64,000 nt of DNA. Origin: Bacteroidota bacterium (lineage in GTDB: Bacteria > Bacteroidota > Bacteroidia > Bacteroidales > NBLH01). The stretch is from positions 2,012-66,011 of the forward strand of contig JANYKN010000004.1 of NCBI GenBank assembly GCA_025361565.1. Reading direction: 5' to 3'. Positions 20,935-30,522 of this stretch are shown here, piece by piece. Numbering within the stretch: position 1 is the first letter of the stretch; every line of letters begins with the position of its first letter. The notes under the pieces were generated by a model. It was not told the origin of the DNA. It searched no databases and saw only the letters and a list, made by a program, of their open reading frames with translations. Position numbers and translations under genes: made by a program.

Positions 20935-21843
20935 TTAATCATTAATATCAATTATCTTGTGCTTAGTAAGGGTAAAAGTTCTAGAAATATTAAAACCAAG
21001 GCGGATATTTCCTTTTAGCCAGCTTCCGGTTGTTTCTGGAATAAAAGATTGTTCTATCATTCCATTTGAATTGGTTAAAAAGATTTGAAAAACATGGCCA
21101 CCGGTTTCAATATCAACTCCAACCGAAAATGAATCATAGAAATCATCTGCTGTTTTTCCTGGCAATAGGTAATAGTATTCAGCATTTAAAGAAAACCTCT
21201 TTGACATTTTGATTCTGCCACCAACACCTACTGAAAATACATCATTTTGATCAGCAGGTGTTTTAACCAAGTTTCGATGAATCATTGAAGGTGTCAATTG
21301 TAAAGATAAACTGGAATTCAATTTTCTGGCAATCAACAACTCATAGGCGTATGACAATCTTGAATCGAAACGGTTAGCCCTGTCAGGATTGGCCCAATGC
21401 AAAGAATTGAGGGCAATATTTGAATAAAATGAGATAGAAAAAGGAATGTTTTTTTCACCAGTTGATTGTCTGAGAATTTTTAATTTAAAACTACCATCAA
21501 ATATTTTATTAAATGAGCTTCGTCCAATTCCTATTGTTAGCCAATCTGTAATTCCATATTCAAATCCCAACCTAATCTCCGAATAATCGAGTCCATATAA
21601 ATGATAAGATCCGTCGCTGATATTTCCAAAATGATGTGAAATAAGAAAATTTAACTCTCCATAAGCTTTGTTTTCAATGGATTGACCTAAAATGATTCTT
21701 GTTGATTTAAATGTGGCTTCAACATATTCTTTTTCCTTATTGGAATCTGTTTCAACCTGGAGCAAACTGTCTAAGTTTTGTGCCCTGCATGGTGTTATTT
21801 TAAGTATAATGAATAGAATAGAACAAAGAATGATTCGGTTCAT
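20935..21843 (-). CDS. Outer-membrane beta-barrel protein (DUF5777-like)
   Basis: 302 aa with a signal peptide and alternating hydrophobic beta-strand pattern. From memory, this family sits next to YceI genes in Bacteroidota. Confidence 0.5.
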   Translation of the reverse strand: MNRIILCSILFIILKITPCRAQNLDSLLQVETDSNKEKEYVEATFKSTRIILGQSIENKAYGELNFLISHHFGNISDGSYHLYGLDYSEIRLGFEYGITDWLTIGIGRSSFNKIFDGSFKLKILRQSTGEKNIPFSISFYSNIALNSLHWANPDRANRFDSRLSYAYELLIARKLNSSLSLQLTPSMIHRNLVKTPADQNDVFSVGVGGRIKMSKRFSLNAEYYYLLPGKTADDFYDSFSVGVDIETGGHVFQIFLTNSNGMIEQSFIPETTGSWLKGNIRLGFNISRTFTLTKHKIIDIND

Positions 21844-21849
21844 GACATA

Positions 21850-22413
21850 TTAATTATTAAGTTCATTCATTTTTAGGCTAACTTTTACTTGCACCTTTTC
21901 AGCGATATTGTTTATCACAGTTGATGGAATTTTAATATTATAATCTTTTATCAGAATGAAAAATTCAGTTGAAACTTCCAACGTACCATTATTGCAGTTA
22001 ACCAAAGCACTACTTTTCAAATCTTTTGTAATTCCATGGATGGTTAAATCTCCATCAAATTCAATGTTTTTTGACCAATTAGTACTGAAATTTAGATTTT
22101 CTATGTTCAGTAATTTGCCTTTGAATATTGCTTTTGGAAATTTATCAGATTCAAGGTAGTTTTCGTTAAAATGTTGTTGCATTAGTGCTTTTTCAAATTC
22201 AAATGCTTTGATTAAAACATTTGCTATTATTCTGTTTGATTCAATTTCAAAAATACAGCTAACCTGGTTGTTTACCGCTTTAATGTCCTCAATTGGGGCT
22301 TTAGAGAAAAAAACGACTTTTCCTGAGCGCGTAAAAAACTTTTTTTGTGCACTCATTATAGAACTTTGGCAAATGATTATCAGCCAAATGAATATGAAAC
22401 TCTTTTTTATCAA
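21850..22413 (-). CDS. YceI-like protein, copy 2
   Basis: 187 aa and paralogous to 20257-20820 (KVVFFSKAPIEDIKAVNNQVSCIF; HFNENYLESDKFPKAIFKGKL). Confidence 0.8.
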   Translation of the reverse strand: MIKKSFIFIWLIIICQSSIMSAQKKFFTRSGKVVFFSKAPIEDIKAVNNQVSCIFEIESNRIIANVLIKAFEFEKALMQQHFNENYLESDKFPKAIFKGKLLNIENLNFSTNWSKNIEFDGDLTIHGITKDLKSSALVNCNNGTLEVSTEFFILIKDYNIKIPSTVINNIAEKVQVKVSLKMNELNN

Positions 22414-22419
22414 TTCATT

Positions 22420-22788
22420 TTAATTTTGTAACGTACCATTATTAATCCAGTTTTCAATTTTATTGATATTGCAATCCGATAATTTTGCATCTCCCTGTGG
22501 CATTGGTATTCCAGCTGGATCATGCTTAATATTGTTAAGCAATTGACCATTGCTTACTTCTCTTTGAATATTTGAAAAGTCTTCTAAATTAAAATTTCCC
22601 CTTATTACACCACTGCTTGCACTATGGCAACGATAGCAGAATTGCTGAAATATGGGAAGAATATTGGCACTGTAAGTTATATTTGAGGTGTCGCATACTT
22701 CATTTGGAAATAATTCTTGTTCATTAAAATAAGTACAAGAAGATAAAATGAGTAGGACAAACAGAAAAAGAGCAATTAATTTTTTCAT
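22420..22788 (-). CDS. Small lipoprotein with a single CxxCH haem-c binding motif (cytochrome c-like)
   Basis: 122 aa with a lipobox-like LILSSC and the motif FQQFCYRCHS (C-Y-R-C-H). Confidence 0.5.
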   Translation of the reverse strand: MKKLIALFLFVLLILSSCTYFNEQELFPNEVCDTSNITYSANILPIFQQFCYRCHSASSGVIRGNFNLEDFSNIQREVSNGQLLNNIKHDPAGIPMPQGDAKLSDCNINKIENWINNGTLQN

Positions 22789-22796
22789 TTTAGCAC

Positions 22797-23207
22797 TTAT
22801 TTTATTATTATACAGTTATTTACAATTACATCATTTAGGTATCCCTGTACAATTCCTTTGATAGTTATTGAATCGCCTACAAGATAGTGATTTGATTTTA
22901 TATCCTTATCAACAATCATACAGTTTATACCAAATACATCATTCTTTTCTTTTAATATAAACATAATATCATTGTCCTGGCTCTTAGTTATTTCGCCAAT
23001 TTTTCCATGAATTTCTATTATCTTATTGTTATATTTTTGGCCTGCAACGGTCTCATCTTTCTCAAATTCACCGAATAACTCATTTGCATAAAGTTTAAAA
23101 AATGTATTTTCTGAATGGATATCTCTTTTTTTTGTATTGTAAATGTTGTATAAAATAATAATTATTCCAATTGATAGAATAATGATGAGCATCCATAATT
23201 TTTTCAT
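22797..23207 (-). CDS. Membrane-anchored OB-fold protein (tRNA_anti-like family)
   Basis: The sequence YANELFGEFEKDETVAGQKYNNKIIEIHGKIGEI resembles the PF12869-type OB-fold proteins of Bacteroidota. The start is trimmed to MKKLWMLIIILS (ATG 23207-23205). Confidence 0.5.
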   Translation of the reverse strand: MKKLWMLIIILSIGIIIILYNIYNTKKRDIHSENTFFKLYANELFGEFEKDETVAGQKYNNKIIEIHGKIGEITKSQDNDIMFILKEKNDVFGINCMIVDKDIKSNHYLVGDSITIKGIVQGYLNDVIVNNCIIIK

Positions 23208-23486
23208 TTTATTTACGGTTAGGTTTAATTGACATTTATTTGAAATCAAAATATCTATTTTGACTTTTTAGTAAAAATAAAATTTTGATTGATTGAAATT
23301 TCAATACACATTCTGAAAAAATTTAATTACATATGAAACGTCATGAGATTCCAATTTTGAAATCAATGAAAAAGAAATTTTTATCAATCATTTTGAAACA
23401 TTTATCCAATAATTACGTATAAAGAGTAAATAAATTAATTTAAAATTTAATAGATTGGAATAGATTTTGAAATTATTTATCTAAAA

Positions 23487-23708
23487 ATGAATGTTATGGA
23501 AAAAATCGATGAAATTAAAGATGTAAAAGGTAAAGAATTTGTTGCCGCCAAGGTTTTATTTTTAATTGCAATTATTCTTTTTTCTGTACCAATTGCTCTA
23601 GTTCTGTTGTTAAAATTTCTTTTTACCGTAACTCAAAGAGCAAAAGTTCAGATAGATAATTCAATTACCCTTGAATCTCATTTAGAAAAAATTTATTCAA
23701 AATATTGA
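23487..23708 (+). CDS. Small hypothetical membrane protein
   Basis: A 73-aa ORF with one hydrophobic helix (VLFLIAIILFSVPIALVLLL). There is no other support. Confidence 0.3.
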   Translation: MNVMEKIDEIKDVKGKEFVAAKVLFLIAIILFSVPIALVLLLKFLFTVTQRAKVQIDNSITLESHLEKIYSKY

Positions 23709-23936
23709 ATTTCAGCTTATTAAATACTGAAAAGCTTTTTCTGTTTTATAAAAAATTTCTCATTTTATATTTTTAATACTATTTCTGGATAAAATCTTTA
23801 TCTGGCTAATTTTTGAATTGATAATTTCTTTGAAATATTAATTTGATAATCAATAACGGCACCATCTAACTTATAATTAATTTCTAATAAAAGGCTCAGT
23901 TTTTAGTTCTAAAGATGGACCTTTTATCAATTTTTA

Positions 23937-25403
23937 TCAAGCTGTAGTTCTTTCAATATGCTGCAAAACTTCTATCAACAAATCCCAGAATTTTTGGACA
24001 GTCTCAATATTCATTCTTTCGTCTGGTGAATGTGCACCTTTAACGGTAGGACCAAAAGATACCATATCTAGATTAGGATATTTGGTCAGAAACAACCCAC
24101 ATTCCAGTCCTGCATGAATTGCTTTGACTTGTGCCTTTACTCCAAATAGCTTTTGATAAGCCTTTTCAGTAACTTGGAGTATTTTTGAGTCCAATTTCGG
24201 CGTCCAGCCTGGATATCCATCACTCTGGTTAACTTTGGCGCCGTTTGAAGTGAAATTTGAGGCAACCTTTACCGCAATTTCTTTTATAGATTCATCAACA
24301 GAGCTCCGCTGACTTGTGCCTATAACGATAGTATCATTTTTATCAAATTTTACAGAGGCAAGATTGGTCGATGTTTCAACAAGCCCATCAATGGATTTAC
24401 TCATAGCTATCATTCCATGAGGGCAGTTTAAAAGTGCATTAAATAATTGGTTTTGAGTTGTTTTATCAATCACAAAATCAGGAGATTTAATACTGTCAAG
24501 ATCAAGATTTAAATGTTTTTCGGTTTCCTGATATTCTCTTTGAACATCGGCTGTATAAATATTTAGTTCTTTACGGATTAATTCTTTATCAGACGAAGGA
24601 ATACAAACAATTGCAAAAGCTTCTCTGGCAATAGCATTTCTTAAGTTTCCACCATTAAATTCAGTAAGACGTAAATCTGTTTTTCCAGCAATCAAATTCA
24701 AGAAATTTACTAATATTTTGTTTGAATTGCCAAGTCCTTTATTGATATCGTCACCAGAGTGTCCTCCATTTAAACCAAAAACTGATATTTTGCAAGAAAA
24801 ATACCCATCAGGAACACTTTCTTTTTTAAATGTGAAAATAGCCGTTGTGTCCATTCCTCCTGCACAGCCAATGAATAATTCACCTTCATCTTCCGAATCG
24901 AGGTTAAGAAGTATTTCACCTTTCAGAAAACCTGGTTTCAGGCCAAATGCTCCGGTCATTCCTGATTCTTCATCAACAGTGAAAAAACATTCAATTGGTC
25001 CGTGTTTGATATTTTTTGAAGCTAAAATAGCCATTGAAGCTGCTATGCCTATTCCATCGTCTCCTCCAAGGGTTGTTCCTTTTGCTTTTACCCATCCATC
25101 TTCGATATAGGTTTGAATAGGATCATTATCAAAATCATGTATAATATTGCTGTTTTTTTCACAAACCATATCCAGGTGACTTTGCAAGATAACAGTTTTC
25201 ATACTTTCCATGCCAGGACTCGCTATTTTGCTGATTAATACATTGCCAACTTCATCTTTTTCTGCCGTTAAATGATGTTCTTTTGCAAAATCTAACAAAT
25301 ACTGAATGATTTTTTCTTCTTTTCTTGAAGGACGCGGAATCTGAGTAATTTTATCAAAAAAGTGCCAGATTTCCTGTGGTTTAAGTTGCTCTAATTCTCT
25401 CAT
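23937..25403 (-). CDS. pepD: Aminoacyl-histidine (Xaa-His) dipeptidase, M20 family
   Basis: 488 aa with LKPQEIWHFFDKITQIPRPSRKEEKI, QSHLDMV and GTTLGGDDGIGIA, which are characteristic PepD motifs. Confidence 0.9.
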   Translation of the reverse strand: MRELEQLKPQEIWHFFDKITQIPRPSRKEEKIIQYLLDFAKEHHLTAEKDEVGNVLISKIASPGMESMKTVILQSHLDMVCEKNSNIIHDFDNDPIQTYIEDGWVKAKGTTLGGDDGIGIAASMAILASKNIKHGPIECFFTVDEESGMTGAFGLKPGFLKGEILLNLDSEDEGELFIGCAGGMDTTAIFTFKKESVPDGYFSCKISVFGLNGGHSGDDINKGLGNSNKILVNFLNLIAGKTDLRLTEFNGGNLRNAIAREAFAIVCIPSSDKELIRKELNIYTADVQREYQETEKHLNLDLDSIKSPDFVIDKTTQNQLFNALLNCPHGMIAMSKSIDGLVETSTNLASVKFDKNDTIVIGTSQRSSVDESIKEIAVKVASNFTSNGAKVNQSDGYPGWTPKLDSKILQVTEKAYQKLFGVKAQVKAIHAGLECGLFLTKYPNLDMVSFGPTVKGAHSPDERMNIETVQKFWDLLIEVLQHIERTTA

Positions 25404-25541
25404 TGTTTCATTTTTATGTTTTATGCTTTATTAAAGATGAAAGTTGAAACCCTTATCTACATAATTATTTCAGGCAACTAATTTAAGAAATATTTGTACT
25501 TTTAGGTACATTTTATATAAGAAATTGATAAGACATATTTT

Positions 25542-25916
25542 ATGAAAACAACGATAGCAATAGGAATTTTTTTTGCATTTTTCTCAATTTTGATGAATGC
25601 CCTTGGTAGCCATGCAGTAAAAACTACTTTAATTGAACGTCAGATGGTTGATAGTTACCAGATTGCCTGCAATTTTACTATGTATCATGGTTTAGCATTA
25701 ATTCTTTTAGGAATATTTATTCATCTTTTTCCAGATATCAAATTTGAGTATGTTTCTTATGGATTCATTGCCGGGAGTCTATTATTTCAGGGTGTTATTT
25801 TTTTTAAATCTTTCGCTGATGTTGGAAAACTTGGAATGCTTAATCCAATAGGAGGGAGTATCTTATTTCTTTCGTGGATTTACTTTTTTTATATAGTTGT
25901 TCGGTTTGTTAAATAA
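25542..25916 (+). CDS. DUF423 family membrane protein
   Basis: 124 aa with 4 TM helices and the motif ALGSHA. Confidence 0.7.
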   Translation: MKTTIAIGIFFAFFSILMNALGSHAVKTTLIERQMVDSYQIACNFTMYHGLALILLGIFIHLFPDIKFEYVSYGFIAGSLLFQGVIFFKSFADVGKLGMLNPIGGSILFLSWIYFFYIVVRFVK

Positions 25917-25958
25917 TTGATCTTCCGGAATTAGTTTTAAATATTAAATCTAAACAAA

Positions 25959-27017
25959 ATGAAAATTACAGTATTTATTGTTATCCTTTTAATGTTTGTC
26001 GCTAATTTATTAATTGATCAGGATGATATAGAAACTAAAATTACCAAAATCAGAGAAGAATATAATAAAGTAGAATTGAATCTGAAGAATTGCAAAAAAA
26101 AGCTATTTACATATCCAGCAGAGGATGGTGAGAGTGAAATGAAGTTTGAAGCTTATTATTTACCTTATGGCCAATTAGTTAAGCTTATTGCAATTTTTAA
26201 TTTCAAATCTTGTGAAAGACACATCGAATATTGTTGTAAAGCGGATGCTGTTATTTTTATGTTCATACAGGATAAAAGACAAGATGGAACTCAAGTTCAA
26301 GAAAGAGTTTATTTTGATGATAATCATAAAGTTATACGAGACTTAATTAAAGAAAAAAAAATTGATGATAAACGTGATTTTTCAAAAATATCCAATGAAA
26401 ATGCCCCTGAGCAATGGTCAGATTTATCAGAATTGCCTGGATATGCATTTTATGGAAACTGGATAATTGAAAGATACTTAAGTTATCCAGTTTTTGAAGT
26501 GTGCTATGATGTTGATTTAAAAATGAAACAAATAAGGGAAGAATACGACAAAATTGAATCCAATCGCCAATCCGGAGCTTTAAAGGAATATTCAATTTAC
26601 TATACTGACTCAGTTGCTTATTGGAACAATACTCACTATACCGCATTTTATGACGAGCAGAGCAATTTAGTTTTGTTAACTTATTCTATTGGTGAGGAAG
26701 GTTACTATGGCAATTACGAGATATCTTTTAAAGATCGAAAGCCCTTTTTTATTTTAAGTACATCGGGTGAACCTGATGGAAAAGAATCTCAGGGGCGAAT
26801 ATATATTTATAATGATAGGATTATTAATGCTTTAATCAAAGAGAAGTCACCTGATCAAACCCTCGATTTTTCACAGATCGAAAATAAAACCGATAATTCA
26901 ATTATGGATAATGTCAATAATTCAAATAGTGGTTATTCGAGTGATGGTAATTTGAGAGGTGTTGGATATGAACTTTGTAAATTATATAAAGGATTTGAAG
27001 CGGAAAAAGATAATTAA
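25959..27017 (+). CDS. Hypothetical secreted protein built from two copies of a ~150-aa module
   Basis: The two halves align: ITKIREEYNKVELN...VYFDDNHKVIRDLIKEK...DFSKI with MKQIREEYDKIESN...IYIYNDRIINALIKEK...DFSQI. Confidence 0.45.
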   Translation: MKITVFIVILLMFVANLLIDQDDIETKITKIREEYNKVELNLKNCKKKLFTYPAEDGESEMKFEAYYLPYGQLVKLIAIFNFKSCERHIEYCCKADAVIFMFIQDKRQDGTQVQERVYFDDNHKVIRDLIKEKKIDDKRDFSKISNENAPEQWSDLSELPGYAFYGNWIIERYLSYPVFEVCYDVDLKMKQIREEYDKIESNRQSGALKEYSIYYTDSVAYWNNTHYTAFYDEQSNLVLLTYSIGEEGYYGNYEISFKDRKPFFILSTSGEPDGKESQGRIYIYNDRIINALIKEKSPDQTLDFSQIENKTDNSIMDNVNNSNSGYSSDGNLRGVGYELCKLYKGFEAEKDN

Positions 27018-27236
27018 TATTCGAAATACTTCATTCAATATTTTTTAATTACTTATATATCAATATAATATGTAATATTTCATATGATTAAAATCAGTTT
27101 TTTGAGGTGTTTTGAGGACGAAAAAAGGTTTAATTTTGAAATTATTTTGGAATTATAAATTTTCTCAATTTGAGATATGTGAAGTTGAACTTTCAAAAAA
27201 AAATTACTTATTGAAATAAACAAGAAAAGAAAATCA

Positions 27237-27875
27237 ATGATAGGAAATAGTGCCATTAAAATATTGATATGCTTTTTGTTTTTAATAATTACTTTTTATA
27301 GTAGTTTTAGTCAAAAGCAAAATGACCAAACATATAATGATAGTATTATTAAGCAATTTGAATCAAATAAAATGCTTATTCCTCTGTTCAAATATCAGAT
27401 ATTTAAAGCATTATCGCATTATCCTGAATTGAAAAATACAAAGATTGTATTTAAATATAAAAATATAAGGACATCGCTTGCTTGCAGGCCAAGTTTAATT
27501 TCTATTTTTTTGAGAAAGAATAAACGGACTTACAACATTTTTATAAACCGGGATACTTCCAAACTGAAAAATGCAATATTATTGTTTGTACCAATAAATG
27601 CTCAAATTGGTGTAATTGGGCACGAATTGGCGCATATAATTGATTATCAGCATAAATCTATTTATGGGATTATAAGTACCGGGTTTGGATATTTTTTTAC
27701 AAGTTATAAATCAGCTTTGGAAAAAAGAGTTGATCTTATTGCAATTAACCATGGTTTGAAAAAGGAATTAATTGAATTTAGTAATTATGTTATTAATGAG
27801 TCCAATGCACCAACAGAATATAAAAACTATAAAAAGAAAATATATTATTCTCAAATTGATTTAGAAAAACTATAA
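27237..27875 (+). CDS. Hypothetical secreted protein with HExxH motif (putative zinc peptidase)
   Basis: 212 aa with a signal peptide and IGVIGHELAHIIDY. Confidence 0.4.
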   Translation: MIGNSAIKILICFLFLIITFYSSFSQKQNDQTYNDSIIKQFESNKMLIPLFKYQIFKALSHYPELKNTKIVFKYKNIRTSLACRPSLISIFLRKNKRTYNIFINRDTSKLKNAILLFVPINAQIGVIGHELAHIIDYQHKSIYGIISTGFGYFFTSYKSALEKRVDLIAINHGLKKELIEFSNYVINESNAPTEYKNYKKKIYYSQIDLEKL

Positions 27876-27913
27876 AGTAAACTTGTATATTAATTGATAA
27901 AAACTTATTACAA

Positions 27914-29110
27914 ATGGCAAATAGAACAATTGTAGCAATGCCCGGCGACGGGATTGGAAAAGCAGTTTTGGATGAAACCATCAGGGTTTTGAATGCTGCC
28001 GGATTTAAAGCGGACTATGTTGAAGGTGATATTGGGTGGGAATTCTGGAAAAGTGAAGGAAACCCTTTACCTGACAGAACTATTCAATTATTAGAAAAGC
28101 ATAAAATTGGCCTGTTTGGTGCCATAACTTCAAAACCAAAAGATGAAGCATTTGATGAATTAGCTCCAGAATTAAAAGCAAAAGGACTTATCTATTCAAG
28201 CCCTATTGTTGGCCTTCGTCAACACTTTGGACTTGATATTTGCACTCGCCCTTGTAGAACCTATAAAGGAAATCCTTTGAATTTTATTAGAAGAGGTAAA
28301 GGTGAAGATATTGAAGAACCGATGGTCGATGTTGTTATTTATCGTCAAAACACAGAAGGTTTATACAGCGGAGTTGAATGGACAAATCCTTCACAACAGG
28401 TGTATGATGCTTTTATGACCCATCCTCAGTTTAAGAAGAACTTTGGGCATGCACCTAAAGAGGAAGTATCGATTTCAACACGAATATTTACAAAAAAAGC
28501 TACAGAAAGGATTCTTCGCGCCGCATTTGAACATGCCAAAAAATACGGTTACAAATCTGTTACATTGTGCGAAAAACCAAATGTAATCCGCGAAACTTCC
28601 GGGATGATGTATAAAATGGCATTGTCAATTCAAAAAAATGATTACCCAAATATTGAGCTTTGGAATACCAATATTGACGCTCAAATGATGTGGCTAACCA
28701 AAAATCCTGAAGATTATGGAGTTATTGTTGCCGGTAATATGTTTGGCGATATTGTTTCTGATGGATTTGCAGGTTTAATAGGAGGTTTGGGATTTGCATG
28801 TAGTGCACAATCTAATCCTGATACAGGAATTGCAGTTTTTGAACCAACCCATGGTTCTGCCCCAAAATATGCAGATTATGCAGTATCAATTGTAAATCCA
28901 ATTGCAATGGTTGAATCTGCAGTAATGATGCTCGATTTTATTGGTGAAGGAGCAATGGCTTCAAAAATCCGGAATGCTGTTGCAGCGGTAATTGCTGAAG
29001 GTAAAGTAAGAACATACGATATGATGAAAATGCGTGGTACTCCTGATGTTATTAATAAAGGTGCTGCTTCAACAAAGCAAATGGCTGACGCTATTATTGC
29101 TAAACTGTAA
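27914..29110 (+). CDS. Isocitrate/isopropylmalate dehydrogenase family protein (substrate not assignable)
   Basis: 398 aa with an N-terminal IVAMPGDGIGKAV, plus YRQNTEGLYSG and NMFGDIVSDGFAGLIGGLGFA. Confidence 0.8.
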   Translation: MANRTIVAMPGDGIGKAVLDETIRVLNAAGFKADYVEGDIGWEFWKSEGNPLPDRTIQLLEKHKIGLFGAITSKPKDEAFDELAPELKAKGLIYSSPIVGLRQHFGLDICTRPCRTYKGNPLNFIRRGKGEDIEEPMVDVVIYRQNTEGLYSGVEWTNPSQQVYDAFMTHPQFKKNFGHAPKEEVSISTRIFTKKATERILRAAFEHAKKYGYKSVTLCEKPNVIRETSGMMYKMALSIQKNDYPNIELWNTNIDAQMMWLTKNPEDYGVIVAGNMFGDIVSDGFAGLIGGLGFACSAQSNPDTGIAVFEPTHGSAPKYADYAVSIVNPIAMVESAVMMLDFIGEGAMASKIRNAVAAVIAEGKVRTYDMMKMRGTPDVINKGAASTKQMADAIIAKL

Positions 29111-29144
29111 CATATTAATAAATACTTTAAACCTATAGTTAGCA

Positions 29145-29696
29145 ATGAATGATGATGTAAAACAACTCTGGGGCGAAGAACTCGCTTGGATTAATGATGA
29201 TGATTTACGTGATAAAACAGCCAAAACCTGGGAGATGGCATTAGAAAAAAGTGTTTTGACAGTTCAGGATTTAAATACAATCCCTTTTACCTTGTTGGTT
29301 CCTAATCTGAAAGTTACTTTTATGGCTCACAAACGAGCAGTAGTGAATATTGCAAAGGATTGTGGAGACCAGATGAACAAATTTTTTACAACCGATTTGC
29401 CGGTTGATATGGATGTGTTAATTTCAGGAGCCATTCTTGCTGATGTTGGTAAAATGCTGGAATATGTTTTAGATACTGATGGTAAGGCAATACAAGGAGC
29501 GTACGGGCAATATATCAGGCATCCTTTTTCTGGGGTTTCATTGGCTGAACAATGTGGTATTCCTGCAGAAGTATGCCATATTATTGCCACCCATGCTGGT
29601 GAAGGAGATATGGTTAAGCGATCTACGGAAGCATATGTTGTTCATCATGCAGATTTTATGACTTTTTTACCTTTTAAAAGCAGATTGAAATTATAA
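29145..29696 (+). CDS. HD-domain protein
   Basis: 183 aa with H..(n)..HD-like residues (LADVGK, IATHAGEGD, VVHHADF). It lies 34 nt downstream of the dehydrogenase gene. Confidence 0.5.
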   Translation: MNDDVKQLWGEELAWINDDDLRDKTAKTWEMALEKSVLTVQDLNTIPFTLLVPNLKVTFMAHKRAVVNIAKDCGDQMNKFFTTDLPVDMDVLISGAILADVGKMLEYVLDTDGKAIQGAYGQYIRHPFSGVSLAEQCGIPAEVCHIIATHAGEGDMVKRSTEAYVVHHADFMTFLPFKSRLKL

Positions 29697-29702
29697 ATTT
29701 TA

Positions 29703-29737
29703 AACCCGGCAAGTTTCTGAAACTTGCCGGGTTTTTT
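29703..29737. terminator. Bidirectional rho-independent terminator between convergent genes
   Basis: AACCCGGCAAGTTT (29703-29716) pairs with AAACTTGCCGGGTT (about 29720-29733), followed by a T-run; the opposite strand has an A/T-run. Confidence 0.8.
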
Positions 29738-29782
29738 GTATGAATACTTCACTAAAATAATTAATTGTTCAGTGGACAAAAT

Positions 29783-30505
29783 TTACTTAGAGAATAAATT
29801 ATATTTAAAAATACACCATATAGCCCAAAAACCATCCTTTGCCTTAATCTTTTTTCCCTCGTCGTAAGTGCGGCCATAATAAGAAATTCCAACTTCGTAA
29901 ATTCTAATTTTAGGAACCCTTGATATTTTAGCTGTAATTTCAGGTTCAAAACCAAATCGTTTTTCTTTTAGCTTTATTCCTTTTATAATTTCAGAACAAA
30001 AAGCTTTATAACAGGTTTCCATATCTGTTAAATTCAGGTTTGAAAAAATGTTGGACAAGAATGTTAAGAATTTGTTTCCAATGGAATGCCAGAAAAATAG
30101 AATGCGATGTGGTTTTCCACCCATGAATCTGGAACCGTAAACAACATCTGCTACGCCATCTAAAAGCGGTTTAAGAAATAAGTTATATTCATTCGGATCA
30201 TATTCAAGGTCTGCATCCTGAATTATTATGTAATTGCCTGTTGCTATTTCAATTCCTTTATGTAATGCTGCTCCCTTTCCCATATTATATGGCTGATTAT
30301 AGATTTTCAAATCGGTATCTAAATGTAGGAGTATATATTCTTCAACAATTTCTTTGGTTTTATCTTTTGAAAAATCATTGATTATAATAATCTCTTTTTC
30401 AACGTTATCAATGAGATTTACCGCTAATATTTTATTCAGAATTAAGTGAATTGTTCGTGCTTCATTAAAGGCAGGAATGATTATGGATAGTTTAGTTTGA
30501 AACAT
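29783..30505 (-). CDS. Family 2 glycosyltransferase, polyprenyl-phosphate sugar synthase-like (DPM1/Ppm1-like)
   Basis: 240 aa with [24 protein letters not shown] (DxD) and VYGSRF. Confidence 0.8.
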   Translation of the reverse strand: MFQTKLSIIIPAFNEARTIHLILNKILAVNLIDNVEKEIIIINDFSKDKTKEIVEEYILLHLDTDLKIYNQPYNMGKGAALHKGIEIATGNYIIIQDADLEYDPNEYNLFLKPLLDGVADVVYGSRFMGGKPHRILFFWHSIGNKFLTFLSNIFSNLNLTDMETCYKAFCSEIIKGIKLKEKRFGFEPEITAKISRVPKIRIYEVGISYYGRTYDEGKKIKAKDGFWAIWCIFKYNLFSK

Positions 30506-30522
30506 AATATTTAAAAAAATAA

